Part shown: piece after piece, positions 10,161 through 19,373 of the stretch | Position numbering within the stretch: position 1 is the first letter of the stretch | Layout: each line of letters starts with the position of its first letter | Assembly: GCA_963737635.1 (NCBI GenBank) | Contig: CAVTTL010000001.1 | Coordinates: 352,001-416,000, forward strand | Source: an uncultured Methanoregulaceae archaeon | GTDB lineage: Archaea; Halobacteriota; Methanomicrobia; Methanomicrobiales; Methanospirillaceae | DNA: 64,000 nt | Direction of reading: 5' to 3' | Notes under the pieces: model-generated | The model's database searches: none | What the model was told of the DNA's origin: nothing | What the model saw: only the letters and a program-made list of their open reading frames with translations | Program-made: the position numbers and the translations under genes

Positions 10161-11343
10161 ATGATATTTTATCCGACGGTGATTTCGGCCGTTGCCGTTC
10201 TTGTTACCCTTATCTATGCATCGTATCTGGATATCAAAGACCGGCGCGTTCCATTCAGGACATGGTACCCGATGCTCATTGTCGGGATCTCCGCGACTAT
10301 CGTACTCTTCTACCAGCAGACCGGAAATATGAGTTTGATCTTCGGATACGTTGCATTGGTAGCGAGTTTTCTGTACGCAGACTATCTCGACAACCATGAA
10401 CCCGGAACCCCCTTCCGGCTTCCTTACCTGGCTATAGTCCTTGCCCTTCCCGCTATCTCCTGGTTCGTTATACCGGCTATTTCCACGGGAAAACTGCCTG
10501 AGGCCCAGATTATACCGTGGTACGTGATGTTTGCCGGGCTGCTCGGGTACATGTCCTACCGCGAATATAAAAGACCACCGGAACGCAAACTTACCACAAA
10601 GCAAGCTAAAAAAGAGGCCAGGCGAGAATCGAACGTTGAAGAGGTGCTGAGCCGCTGGTACTTCGTCCTAGTTATTGTGATCCTCGCTGTTGCATCTTTC
10701 TACATGATTGGCGGCGGGATTTGGGTAGGTCTCCGGCATCTATATTGCCCTTGCTGCAGTATTTTGCGGCGTTTTTTATATCTTCGGGCAGATGCGCCTC
10801 TTTGGTGGGGCTGACGCGTGGGCTCTCATCTTTATCGCCTTCTGTGTACCGACATTTCCCCTCACTCCGCTTCTGGACACCCCGCCGTTAGGGTTTTTTT
10901 CGTTTTCGGTATTGATCAACGCTCTTATTCTCAATCTGGCGGCACCGGTAGGCATTTTTATTATAAACGTTGTAAAAAAGAACCGTGCACCGATCCAGTA
11001 CATGTTCTTTGGCTTCCCGGTTAGTGGGGAGAAGATTCAAGATTCGTGGGGTTTTGTGATGGAAGATTTTATCGAGAGAAACGGTAAAGTCGAACGAAAA
11101 TTTATCGGGTTCTGGGATTCCCTGCACCGGATGCGATCTGATGAAGGCAGGGTTTATACAAAAGACCTCCGGGAACGCCCTGAAGAGTTTGAGAAGGAAC
11201 TGGGAGTTTACAAAAAAGCAGAAAAAGTCTGGATTTCCTATGCAGTCCCCTTCATCCTCCCGATTACGGTAGGATTTATTTCAGCAATTATTCTCGGTGA
11301 TTTCCTCTTCGCAATCATAAAAATACTCAGCGGCGGTGCCTGA
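10161..11343 (+). CDS. A24 family prepilin/prearchaellin peptidase (FlaK/PibD-like); frameshift at about 10733
   Basis: Catalytic YLD and FGGADA motifs, C-terminal [14 protein letters not shown]; ORFs 10161..10814 and 10792..11343 join into 393 aa if one C is removed. Confidence 0.88.
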
Positions 11344-11716
11344 AGTGCTCTTCCTGAAATTTCCAGATGGCGGGCTGATCCCGGTGATTGTTCAGGAAAG
11401 AAAAACCGGGGAAGTCCTTATGATGGCGTATGCAAACGATGAGGCAGTCCGCCTCACCCAGACTACCGGATTTGCTCATTACTACAGCCGGAGCCGAAAA
11501 AAACTCTGGAAAAAAGGAGAAGAGAGCGGGCATTTCCAGAAGGTTGAGAAGATCCTTGTCGATTGCGATGAGGACTGCCTTATATACGAGGTCGAACAGA
11601 CCGGCGCTGCCTGCCATACCGGCCACCGAAGCTGTTTTTTCAGGACACTGGATGGTACAATCATAAGTGAGAAGGTTTTTGATCCGGAAAAAGTCTATGG
11701 AAGAACCGGGCACTAA
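11336..11716 (+). CDS. hisI: Phosphoribosyl-AMP cyclohydrolase
   Basis: [22 protein letters not shown] and ACHTG..SCF motifs. Confidence 0.97.
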   Translation: MPEVLFLKFPDGGLIPVIVQERKTGEVLMMAYANDEAVRLTQTTGFAHYYSRSRKKLWKKGEESGHFQKVEKILVDCDEDCLIYEVEQTGAACHTGHRSCFFRTLDGTIISEKVFDPEKVYGRTGH

Positions 11717-11780
11717 AAGTCAATATCAATTGTTTTCCGCACAGGTCTCCTTTTGCGGCAAATAGCTCTTGAGAGAAACT

Positions 11781-12737
11781 ATGAACAAAGATCCTGAACA
11801 GCTTGAAACCCTTGATCGGTTGAAAGTGCGGACCGCTCATCTTTCGGTCATATCCAATACCTGCCTTGTTATCTTGAAATTCAGCGTGGGTTTCACCATC
11901 GGATCGGTTAGTATCATCTCTGAGGCCATCCATTCCTCCATGGATCTGCTTGCTGCGGTCATTGCTTTCTTTTCGGTGAAAAAATCGGCAGAACCACCCG
12001 ATGCAGGTCACTCATTCGGGCATGGAAAATTCGAGGATATCTCGGGTCTAGTCGAAGCGCTGCTCATCTTTGGAGCGGCGATCATTATAATTGCTGAAGC
12101 CCTGATCAAGCTGCTGACAAGTCAGGGGCAGGAATTTTCACCCGGACAGCTCTCTTTTGGTATTGCAGTGATGGGTATTTCAGTCATCGCCAACTGGTAT
12201 GTTTCTTCACGACTTATGAACGTGGCAAAAGAAACTGAATCTATAGCTCTGGAAAGTGATGCATGGCACCTAAGGACGGACATTTACACTTCCCTTGGGG
12301 TTTTCACCGGACTGATCCTGATCCATTTTACCGGCCGTACTATCCTCGATCCACTCATTGCCATTGGTGTCGGCCTTGTTATCCTGAAAGCCGCCGGTGA
12401 TCTGCTGAAACGATCGTTTGCCGATCTCATCGACCATTCTCTTCCCCCGAAAGACGAAGAGCGAATCAAGGCAATCATCTGTGCGCATTCCAGCGCGTAC
12501 GCCGGATTTCACGGCCTTCGCACACGGCGTTCCGGCCCGGATATCTTCATCGAGTTCCACCTTGTCGTTCCTGGTGAAATCTCGGTAACCCGGTCTCATG
12601 ATCTCGCCGATCATCTCGAATCAGATCTGCTCACAGAGTATCCCAGGGCAAAAGTGACAATCCATATCGAGCCTTGCGAGAAAGGGTCTGATAAGTGTGA
12701 TCTATCCTGTTCCTGCCAAGAAAAAAAGAGAGACTAA
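11781..12737 (+). CDS. Cation diffusion facilitator (FieF-like) metal transporter
   Basis: SEAIHSSMD, HSFGHGKFE, WHLRTD, C-terminal IHIEP. Confidence 0.93.
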   Translation: MNKDPEQLETLDRLKVRTAHLSVISNTCLVILKFSVGFTIGSVSIISEAIHSSMDLLAAVIAFFSVKKSAEPPDAGHSFGHGKFEDISGLVEALLIFGAAIIIIAEALIKLLTSQGQEFSPGQLSFGIAVMGISVIANWYVSSRLMNVAKETESIALESDAWHLRTDIYTSLGVFTGLILIHFTGRTILDPLIAIGVGLVILKAAGDLLKRSFADLIDHSLPPKDEERIKAIICAHSSAYAGFHGLRTRRSGPDIFIEFHLVVPGEISVTRSHDLADHLESDLLTEYPRAKVTIHIEPCEKGSDKCDLSCSCQEKKRD

Positions 12738-12792
12738 ATGAGTGGTCTCCGTAGCGTTTTGCAGGATGATTTTTATAGGACTCCCGGAGCTT

Positions 12793-13827
12793 TTATTTTC
12801 CTCCCGGCCTGCGTCGCAGTGACCGGTCTTCTTCGACGATATAATTGATCACGTTCTCGGCGATATCGGCGGCGTATTCTCCCGCCCTGCGGATACTCTC
12901 GGCAATATAGCTGACCGAGATCGCCGTGACCGTCTCCTGTTTAAAGGCCATATTACTGATATCGCCGCAGATATGTTCCAGGGCCGCGACCGACTCGATA
13001 GTCTTATGGGCCTCCCGGATATCGGCATTGAAAAACGATATGATACTCTTGTCAAAGATCTGCATGGACAGGACACTTGCTTTCTTGAGCGCGTCCACGA
13101 TCTTCGGGTCGAGATCGGCATCCAGGACCGGCCGGGCATTCTCGGCGATCCGGACGGCATGGTCGCCGATTCGTTCGATGATCCTGCTGATCAGGTGATA
13201 GTACATGGCCATGCCCACCGATACCTCCATCTTCCGGGAGAGAGACGGGTTCTGCATGATCATATTGGTCTGGCGGGCGATCAGCCAGTTGAGCCGGTCC
13301 GAGTCCATATCACGGTTGATCACGTCTGTGGCAAGGGTATGATTGTGTTTTTCGAGCGCTGCGATCGCATCTTCGTGCATGTTCCTCACGATCACAAACA
13401 TACGCTTGATGGTGTTGTCAAACGGCATCTCGGACGGGTTGAGAAGGTCTTTTATCATGATGAGCGTGTCGGTCTCTTCGACAACTTCCTGGCCGATGGT
13501 CATCTGGGTGAAATCCCGGACGACCGTTCGGACAAACGGCGGAAACCGCTGTTTCGAACTGATCCGGATCGTCGTGAAACCCGTGATGTAGGTCCCGATC
13601 AGGATCCGGAAGAGAAACGACGGATCGGTGATGTGACCGATGTCGATCTCCTTGACACGCTGGACCGGTTCCTCCGTGGTTTTCTTCGTGACCAGGAGTG
13701 TTCCGTCTGGCTGCGCGATCAGGCCCACCGGATCGTTCTTCTTGATGCGCATCTCCTGGACCCAGTTCTTGGGTAGCGTTACTACAAATGATGACCCCCC
13801 CGTCATCTGTACACGGCGTAATTCCAT
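12793..13827 (-). CDS. Phosphate uptake regulator (AbrB-like N-terminus + two PhoU domains)
   Basis: RRVQMTGGSSFVVTLPKNW AbrB motif; ERIGDHAVRIAE and RRAGEYAADIAE PhoU motifs; divergent from pstS. Confidence 0.92.
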   Translation of the reverse strand: MELRRVQMTGGSSFVVTLPKNWVQEMRIKKNDPVGLIAQPDGTLLVTKKTTEEPVQRVKEIDIGHITDPSFLFRILIGTYITGFTTIRISSKQRFPPFVRTVVRDFTQMTIGQEVVEETDTLIMIKDLLNPSEMPFDNTIKRMFVIVRNMHEDAIAALEKHNHTLATDVINRDMDSDRLNWLIARQTNMIMQNPSLSRKMEVSVGMAMYYHLISRIIERIGDHAVRIAENARPVLDADLDPKIVDALKKASVLSMQIFDKSIISFFNADIREAHKTIESVAALEHICGDISNMAFKQETVTAISVSYIAESIRRAGEYAADIAENVINYIVEEDRSLRRRPGGK

Positions 13828-13962
13828 CTCTGTTTTCCTCCGATGAATAGAGCAATATGATGAATATGCTTATCTCTATTTTAGACTTTTTTGCATATAT
13901 ATCTGTATATTTTATGTCGAAAAACTGTATATGAGTACTCATTAAAGTTATGATCGAAAACC

Positions 13963-14898
13963 ATGAGATCCAAACGGAGTTCGTATGTATTATTGACAGT
14001 GTGCCTTGCGGCATTACTTATCGTATCGATTCTGGTAGCAGGCTGTACCAGTAACGGAAGCACAGCTTCTTCAAGCGCCAGTACCACTGCTGCGGCTGCG
14101 CAGACTAATACTGCGTCATCGGCATCCAACCAGACAGAAACACTCACCCTGACCGGTTCAACCACGGTCCTGCCTATCGCTCAAGCTGTTGCAGATGCAT
14201 ATGAGCAGGCGCACCCGGAGGCGAACATCCAAGTCTCTGGCGGAGGATCGGGAGTTGGTATCCAGACTATCATTAACCAGAAAGTGGACATCGGCATGAG
14301 CTCCAACACCATATCCGCAGCCCAGCAGGCACAGGATCCAAACATGAATATTATCACAATTGCCCACGACGGTATCGCCATCATCGTCAATCCTTCAAAC
14401 ACGATACAGTCCATCTCCCTTGCACAGGTTAAGCAGATCTACAGCGGGAATATCACATCTTGGGCATCTGTCAATGGCGCCGGGGTTCCAAACACGAACC
14501 AGATAGTCCTCGTTGGCCGTGACAGTTCATCAGGAACCCGTGCCTATTTCGATAGTTTCGTGATGAACGGTGTTAATGATTCCATGTCCATGCATGAAGA
14601 CAACTCAAACGGCGCCGTCGCTCAGGAAGTTGCCCAGACGCCCGGTGCAATCGGCTACATATCCATCGGTTACCTCACGCCCAGTGTCAAGGCAGTCCCG
14701 ATTATGCTGGCAAATGGCACCACGATTGCCCCGACCGTCGCCACAGTAACGGATAAAACCTACCCGATCCACCGTGACCTCTTTATGCTCACCAACGGCC
14801 AGCCCACCGGCCTTGCCTCGGACTACATCAATTTCCTCCTCAGCCCAGCCGGCCAGCAGATTGTCGTTGCTCAGGGGTATGTCGCCCTGAACAGCTAA
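13963..14898 (+). CDS. pstS: Phosphate ABC transporter substrate-binding lipoprotein
   Basis: Lipobox LVAGC; GSTTVLP, GGGSGVG, RDSSSGTR, YPIHRDL. Confidence 0.95.
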   Translation: MRSKRSSYVLLTVCLAALLIVSILVAGCTSNGSTASSSASTTAAAAQTNTASSASNQTETLTLTGSTTVLPIAQAVADAYEQAHPEANIQVSGGGSGVGIQTIINQKVDIGMSSNTISAAQQAQDPNMNIITIAHDGIAIIVNPSNTIQSISLAQVKQIYSGNITSWASVNGAGVPNTNQIVLVGRDSSSGTRAYFDSFVMNGVNDSMSMHEDNSNGAVAQEVAQTPGAIGYISIGYLTPSVKAVPIMLANGTTIAPTVATVTDKTYPIHRDLFMLTNGQPTGLASDYINFLLSPAGQQIVVAQGYVALNS

Positions 14899-14926
14899 AA
14901 GAGGTAAAATTTTCTGTAAAACTCAC

Positions 14927-14934
14927 TTTTTTTT
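14927..14934 (+). terminator. Oligo-T tract after pstS (possible partial terminator)
   Basis: T8 run 29 nt after the pstS stop; archaeal termination often uses oligo-T. Confidence 0.4.
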
Positions 14935-14956
14935 ACCCCTCAAGAGGCGATGCACC

Positions 14957-16918
14957 ATTACCCTGTCAGAATATTCTGCCCGAGAAATCACGGGAAGTAC
15001 CGCGACGGTTTCCCGCATCAGGGAGAAATTCGTCAGATCTGTATTCTTCCTCACAGCCATCTTCGCAGTCATTGTTGTTTCATTTATCCTGCTCTTCTTG
15101 TTCCGGGATGGTTATCCCATTTTTGAGACGGTGGGTGTCACTAATTTCCTCTTTGGGACTACATGGGCTCCGGCCCAAGTAGTGCCCATCTACGGAATAT
15201 CTGCTCTCATCATAGGCACGCTCCTTGTCACCCTTGGTGCGATGATCTTTGCCGTCCCGCTTTCCATTGGCTGTGCCATCTATATTTCAGAACTCGCATC
15301 TCCCCGGATAAAAAGCGTCTTTAAGCCGGCAACCGAACTGCTCGCCGGTATACCGTCGGTAGTTTACGGTTTCTTTGGCCTGATCGTCCTGAGCACATTT
15401 ATCCGCACCACATTCAACGTCCCGAGCGGCCAGACCTGGCTTGCCGGGTCGATCATCCTTGGGGTTATGGCACTTCCCACGATCATCAGCGTTTCCGAGG
15501 ATGCTATTAGTTCGGTCCCCCCGGAATACCGGGAAGGATCCCTCGCAACAGGGGCGACTCGCTGGCAGACAATCAGCCGGGTCATTGTGCCGGCGGCTCT
15601 CTCCGGGATCGCGGCGGCGATTATCCTGGGAATCGGCCGTGCAATCGGGGAAACAATGGCAGTCCTGATGGTAACCGGGAATGCCGCGATCATACCGAAT
15701 CCTATCTGGAATGTGCTCTCTTCTGTCCGTACCCTGACGGGAACCTTGGGGATTGAAATGGGCGACGTCGAGATCGGGAGCCAACATTACCATGCACTGT
15801 TTGGTGTGGCGGTAGTACTCCTCATCATCACGCTTATTATCAACATGAGCGCAGTCGCTATTCTGTCGTATATCAGTGAGGGAAGGACCGGAGGCAAAGC
15901 GAAAGGGTCATTGCTTCATTCCCCCACCCTTGATTCGGTTATGGACAAACTTCTCCCACGGTCCCGGATCGTTCTCCTTGCCATCCTTGCGCTCCTGCTC
16001 CTCGTTGCCGGCCTCTGGGAGGTGGCGCTCATCGTCGTTCTTGCGGCAGCCGCTTGGCACTATGGCAGGGGCCGGATCTCGAGACACCATATCGAGATGG
16101 TCGCCTTTGCCTGCGTTGTTGCGGCCGCTCTGGCTGTTCTAGCCATTCTTGCGATAATTCTCGGCTATATTATAGTAAACGGATTACCAGCACTTTCGTG
16201 GGAATTCCTGACGCAACCGCCTACGGACCTTGGCAGGAGCGGCGGGATTTTCCCGGCGATTGTCGGGACTCTTTACCTGGTGGCAGGCGCGATCCTCATT
16301 GCGCTCCCCCTTGGTGTCGGGGCCGCAGTCTACCTAGTTGAATATACCCGGGAGGGGCGGATTACAAAACTGATCAGGACCGGCGTCGACCTCCTCAATG
16401 GGACGCCCTCGATCGTTTTTGGACTCTTCGGCTTTGCCTTCCTTGTGCTCTTCCTTGACATTGGCGTATGCCTCCTTGCCGGAATGATAACCCTTGCGTT
16501 GATGGTGCTGCCTACCATGATCCGTACAACAGAAGAGTCTCTCAAAAACATCCCCCAGTCCCTCCGCGAAGGGAGTCTAGCACTCGGGGCGACGCAGTGG
16601 CAGACTATCCGCAACGTGGTTATCCCTCCAGCCATCCCGGGGATCGTTACCGGTGCAATCCTCTCAATAGGCAGGGCAGCAGGAGAGACTGCGCCGATCA
16701 TGTTCGTAGCGGTCGTCTTCTCGACCCGGTTCCTGCCGACATCGCTCTTTCAGCCCGTGATGGCACTGCCGTATCACCTCTTCATCCTTTCAACTAACGT
16801 ACCGGGCTCATCGACCAACAAGTACGGAACGGCACTGGTTCTCCTGATGCTCGTCGTGGCATTTTACGCGGTCGCTATTCTGATCCGGAATTACTATGCA
16901 AAAAAGGCAAGGGGATAA
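14957..16918 (+). CDS. pstA: Fused phosphate ABC permease PstC-PstA
   Basis: Two permease domains in one frame (ELLAGIPSVVYG/RAIGETMAV and LNGTPSIVFG/RAAGETAP). The frame is open upstream of the TTG at 15098 and includes the first TM helix; start codon uncertain. Confidence 0.9.
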   Translation: MTLSEYSAREITGSTATVSRIREKFVRSVFFLTAIFAVIVVSFILLFLFRDGYPIFETVGVTNFLFGTTWAPAQVVPIYGISALIIGTLLVTLGAMIFAVPLSIGCAIYISELASPRIKSVFKPATELLAGIPSVVYGFFGLIVLSTFIRTTFNVPSGQTWLAGSIILGVMALPTIISVSEDAISSVPPEYREGSLATGATRWQTISRVIVPAALSGIAAAIILGIGRAIGETMAVLMVTGNAAIIPNPIWNVLSSVRTLTGTLGIEMGDVEIGSQHYHALFGVAVVLLIITLIINMSAVAILSYISEGRTGGKAKGSLLHSPTLDSVMDKLLPRSRIVLLAILALLLLVAGLWEVALIVVLAAAAWHYGRGRISRHHIEMVAFACVVAAALAVLAILAIILGYIIVNGLPALSWEFLTQPPTDLGRSGGIFPAIVGTLYLVAGAILIALPLGVGAAVYLVEYTREGRITKLIRTGVDLLNGTPSIVFGLFGFAFLVLFLDIGVCLLAGMITLALMVLPTMIRTTEESLKNIPQSLREGSLALGATQWQTIRNVVIPPAIPGIVTGAILSIGRAAGETAPIMFVAVVFSTRFLPTSLFQPVMALPYHLFILSTNVPGSSTNKYGTALVLLMLVVAFYAVAILIRNYYAKKARG

Positions 16919-16921
16919 CTC

Positions 16922-17683
16922 ATGTCTGATTCAACCGTCATTTCCACAAGAAACCTAAACCTCTGGTACAACGAGAAACATGCACTCCAGGATATTACCA
17001 TGGAGATTGAAAAGAAGAAGACCACCGCACTGATCGGGCCGTCTGGGTGCGGGAAATCCACTCTCCTGCGATGCTTCAACCGGATGAACGATCTCATCAA
17101 CCATGTCAGGATGACCGGTGAAATCCTCATCGATCGCGAAAACCTGCTCAGGGATGGCATGGATGTAGTGGCGCTGAGAAAAAGAGTGGGCATGGTTTTC
17201 CAGCGGCCCAATCCTTTTCCCAAATCGATCTACGAGAACGTCGCATATGGCCCCCGGGTCCATGGGGTAAACGACCGGAAGAATCTGGACGAAATCGTCG
17301 AAAAAAGTCTGCGTCATGCGGCTCTTTGGGATGAAGTCCGGGACCGGCTCAATGATTCCGCACTCGGGCTCTCAGGTGGCCAGCAGCAGCGACTCTGTAT
17401 TGCACGTACCTTGGCAGTCGGTCCCGAAGTAATCCTCATGGACGAGCCCTGTTCGGCTCTAGATCCTATCGCGACAGCAAAGATCGAGAACCTCATCGAA
17501 ATGCTCAAAGAAGAGTATACCGTTATTATTGTCACACACAACATGCAACAGGCAGCCCGTGTCAGTGATTATACCGGATTCATGTACCTTGGTAAGCTTA
17601 TCGAATTCGACCGAACGATAAACATTTTCGAGCACCCGAAAGAAGACCTGACTGAGAACTATATTACCGGGCGATTCGGGTGA
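16922..17683 (+). CDS. pstB: Phosphate ABC transporter ATP-binding protein
   Basis: [33 protein letters not shown]-term YITGRFG. Confidence 0.97.
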   Translation: MSDSTVISTRNLNLWYNEKHALQDITMEIEKKKTTALIGPSGCGKSTLLRCFNRMNDLINHVRMTGEILIDRENLLRDGMDVVALRKRVGMVFQRPNPFPKSIYENVAYGPRVHGVNDRKNLDEIVEKSLRHAALWDEVRDRLNDSALGLSGGQQQRLCIARTLAVGPEVILMDEPCSALDPIATAKIENLIEMLKEEYTVIIVTHNMQQAARVSDYTGFMYLGKLIEFDRTINIFEHPKEDLTENYITGRFG

Positions 17684-17693
17684 GGAGGGGAAG

Positions 17694-18344
17694 ATGACTG
17701 ATAAATTCCATATGGAGCTTAAAGATCTCAAAAAAGACGTTTCGGGGATGGCCCGATTTGCATTCTCGATGTTACAGGATTCGCAGGAGGCGTTCATCAA
17801 CCAAGATGCCGCACTCGCGGCAACGGTATTAAACAGGAAAGACCAACTCAGGGAAACGACCGTCGCACTTGAGGAGAACTGTTACCAGCTGATTGCATTA
17901 AACCAGCCGGTGGCAAAAGATATGCGGATTATAGTATGTTCCCTCAAAATCGTCGCCGCATCAGAACGGATTGGGAGGTATGGCAAATCGACGGCAAAGA
18001 TTGTCAAGGAAATTTCCGGAAAACCCCATATAGCTAACATGATGAGTATTCCTCTTATGTCGGAGTACGTGCTTGCGATGGTCGATGATGCAATCACGGC
18101 CTATGAAACCGAGAACCTCAAGAAACTCGATGGTTTTTCGACACGAGACGACGCAATCGATACACTGCGCCATTCTATCTTCCGCGAAGCGATCACCTAC
18201 ATGATGGAAAACCCCAAAACCATCACGCAGGCCACATACTATATTATCATTGCGCGGTACCTGGAGCGATGCGCCGATCATGCCTGCAAGATGGCTGAGA
18301 ACGTCCACTATATGGAAACCGGTGACAGAATCGAGATCAAATAA
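17694..18344 (+). CDS. phoU: Phosphate signalling complex protein PhoU
   Basis: QPVAKDMR, ERIGRY, YLERCADHA. Confidence 0.93.
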   Translation: MTDKFHMELKDLKKDVSGMARFAFSMLQDSQEAFINQDAALAATVLNRKDQLRETTVALEENCYQLIALNQPVAKDMRIIVCSLKIVAASERIGRYGKSTAKIVKEISGKPHIANMMSIPLMSEYVLAMVDDAITAYETENLKKLDGFSTRDDAIDTLRHSIFREAITYMMENPKTITQATYYIIIARYLERCADHACKMAENVHYMETGDRIEIK

Positions 18345-18458
18345 CCGTTTTCCGGTCTAAGAAACTAAAAAAGCATAAGGCGGTCACAACGGATCACATC
18401 GAAGGGTGTGGACTCCAAAGATCAAGAGTGTAAGAGAAATTTCCTTTTTGCCGTTCTT

Positions 18459-18851
18459 TCAGGTAGAGGATTGTACGATAATTGTCCCTTTTATCGCCGC
18501 ATTATCTGTGCAGTGGTACCCGTACGTTCCAGCTATTGTAAATGTAAACTGATATCTATCGTTACTTTCGAGAGGTGGAGACGTAAAGAAGTCTGGATCC
18601 CCGGAATCAGAAGTAATAGTATGCAGTCCCATATCGCGATTGAGCCATGTGACTGTTATACCACGGCTGACAACAAGGATCTGGGGATTGACGCCATCAC
18701 TTTCAAGGAGGATTGTCGTTTGTGGAGTATATGCTGGTGGCGAGTTTACAGCCGGAGTGACCTTACTGGTGCACCCTGCGACAAGGATGAGCATGGCCAT
18801 GATGAGGAGAATACCGGTCGTAAATACTATAGGACCGGGACGGATATGCAT
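18459..18851 (-). CDS. Cupredoxin-fold lipoprotein (degenerate copper site)
   Basis: Lipobox LVAGC; GITVTWLNRD..LHTITSD...GTYGYHC..KGTIIV plastocyanin-like pattern. Confidence 0.8.
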   Translation of the reverse strand: MHIRPGPIVFTTGILLIMAMLILVAGCTSKVTPAVNSPPAYTPQTTILLESDGVNPQILVVSRGITVTWLNRDMGLHTITSDSGDPDFFTSPPLESNDRYQFTFTIAGTYGYHCTDNAAIKGTIIVQSST

Positions 18852-19373
18852 GGAGTAAGGTTCGTGAGAGGATATAAAAAGTTCATGGTTATTTAACGGT
18901 TCGATCGAACAATGTGCACGCCAAAAGCATGAGTCCGTATCGCCACTGATATTAGAGACCCCCTATTGCAGAACAAAACCAACCCCAGTCTCCGCAATCC
19001 TCACTCTCCTTTAAGCTTGCAGGAGTCACGGAAACAATGGCCAAGCAAATCGCCCGGTGATAATTAAAGGATACGATTCAGGCTTGGTTCCCAAACCTGT
19101 TAAGAGAGATCCAAAATTCTAAAAAACTCTAAAAACAATTATAAAAGATTCAAATTCAACAGAATACAGCGTTAACCCAAAATATTCAACGGAAACCTCG
19201 TAAATCGTCAAATTAACATTGGATTTAAGATTTCAATTCTATCAGGAAAACCTTCTCTCTTTTCTTCCCCGAACCCCTTATAAACCCCAACGCCTCATAT
19301 CAGTACCTATCAACGTACCCATTCGTTGAATGAATAGTATACAACATCATACCATAGGGAGGAAGAATATTTT

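Noticed and set aside
12973-13776. 267-aa + strand ORF
   Set aside because: Antisense shadow of the GC-rich PhoU regulator gene; no motifs
18900-19370. Long AT-rich intergenic region as replication origin, ncRNA or CRISPR leader
   Set aside because: No ORB repeats, no cdc6, no repeat-spacer units; only short hairpins
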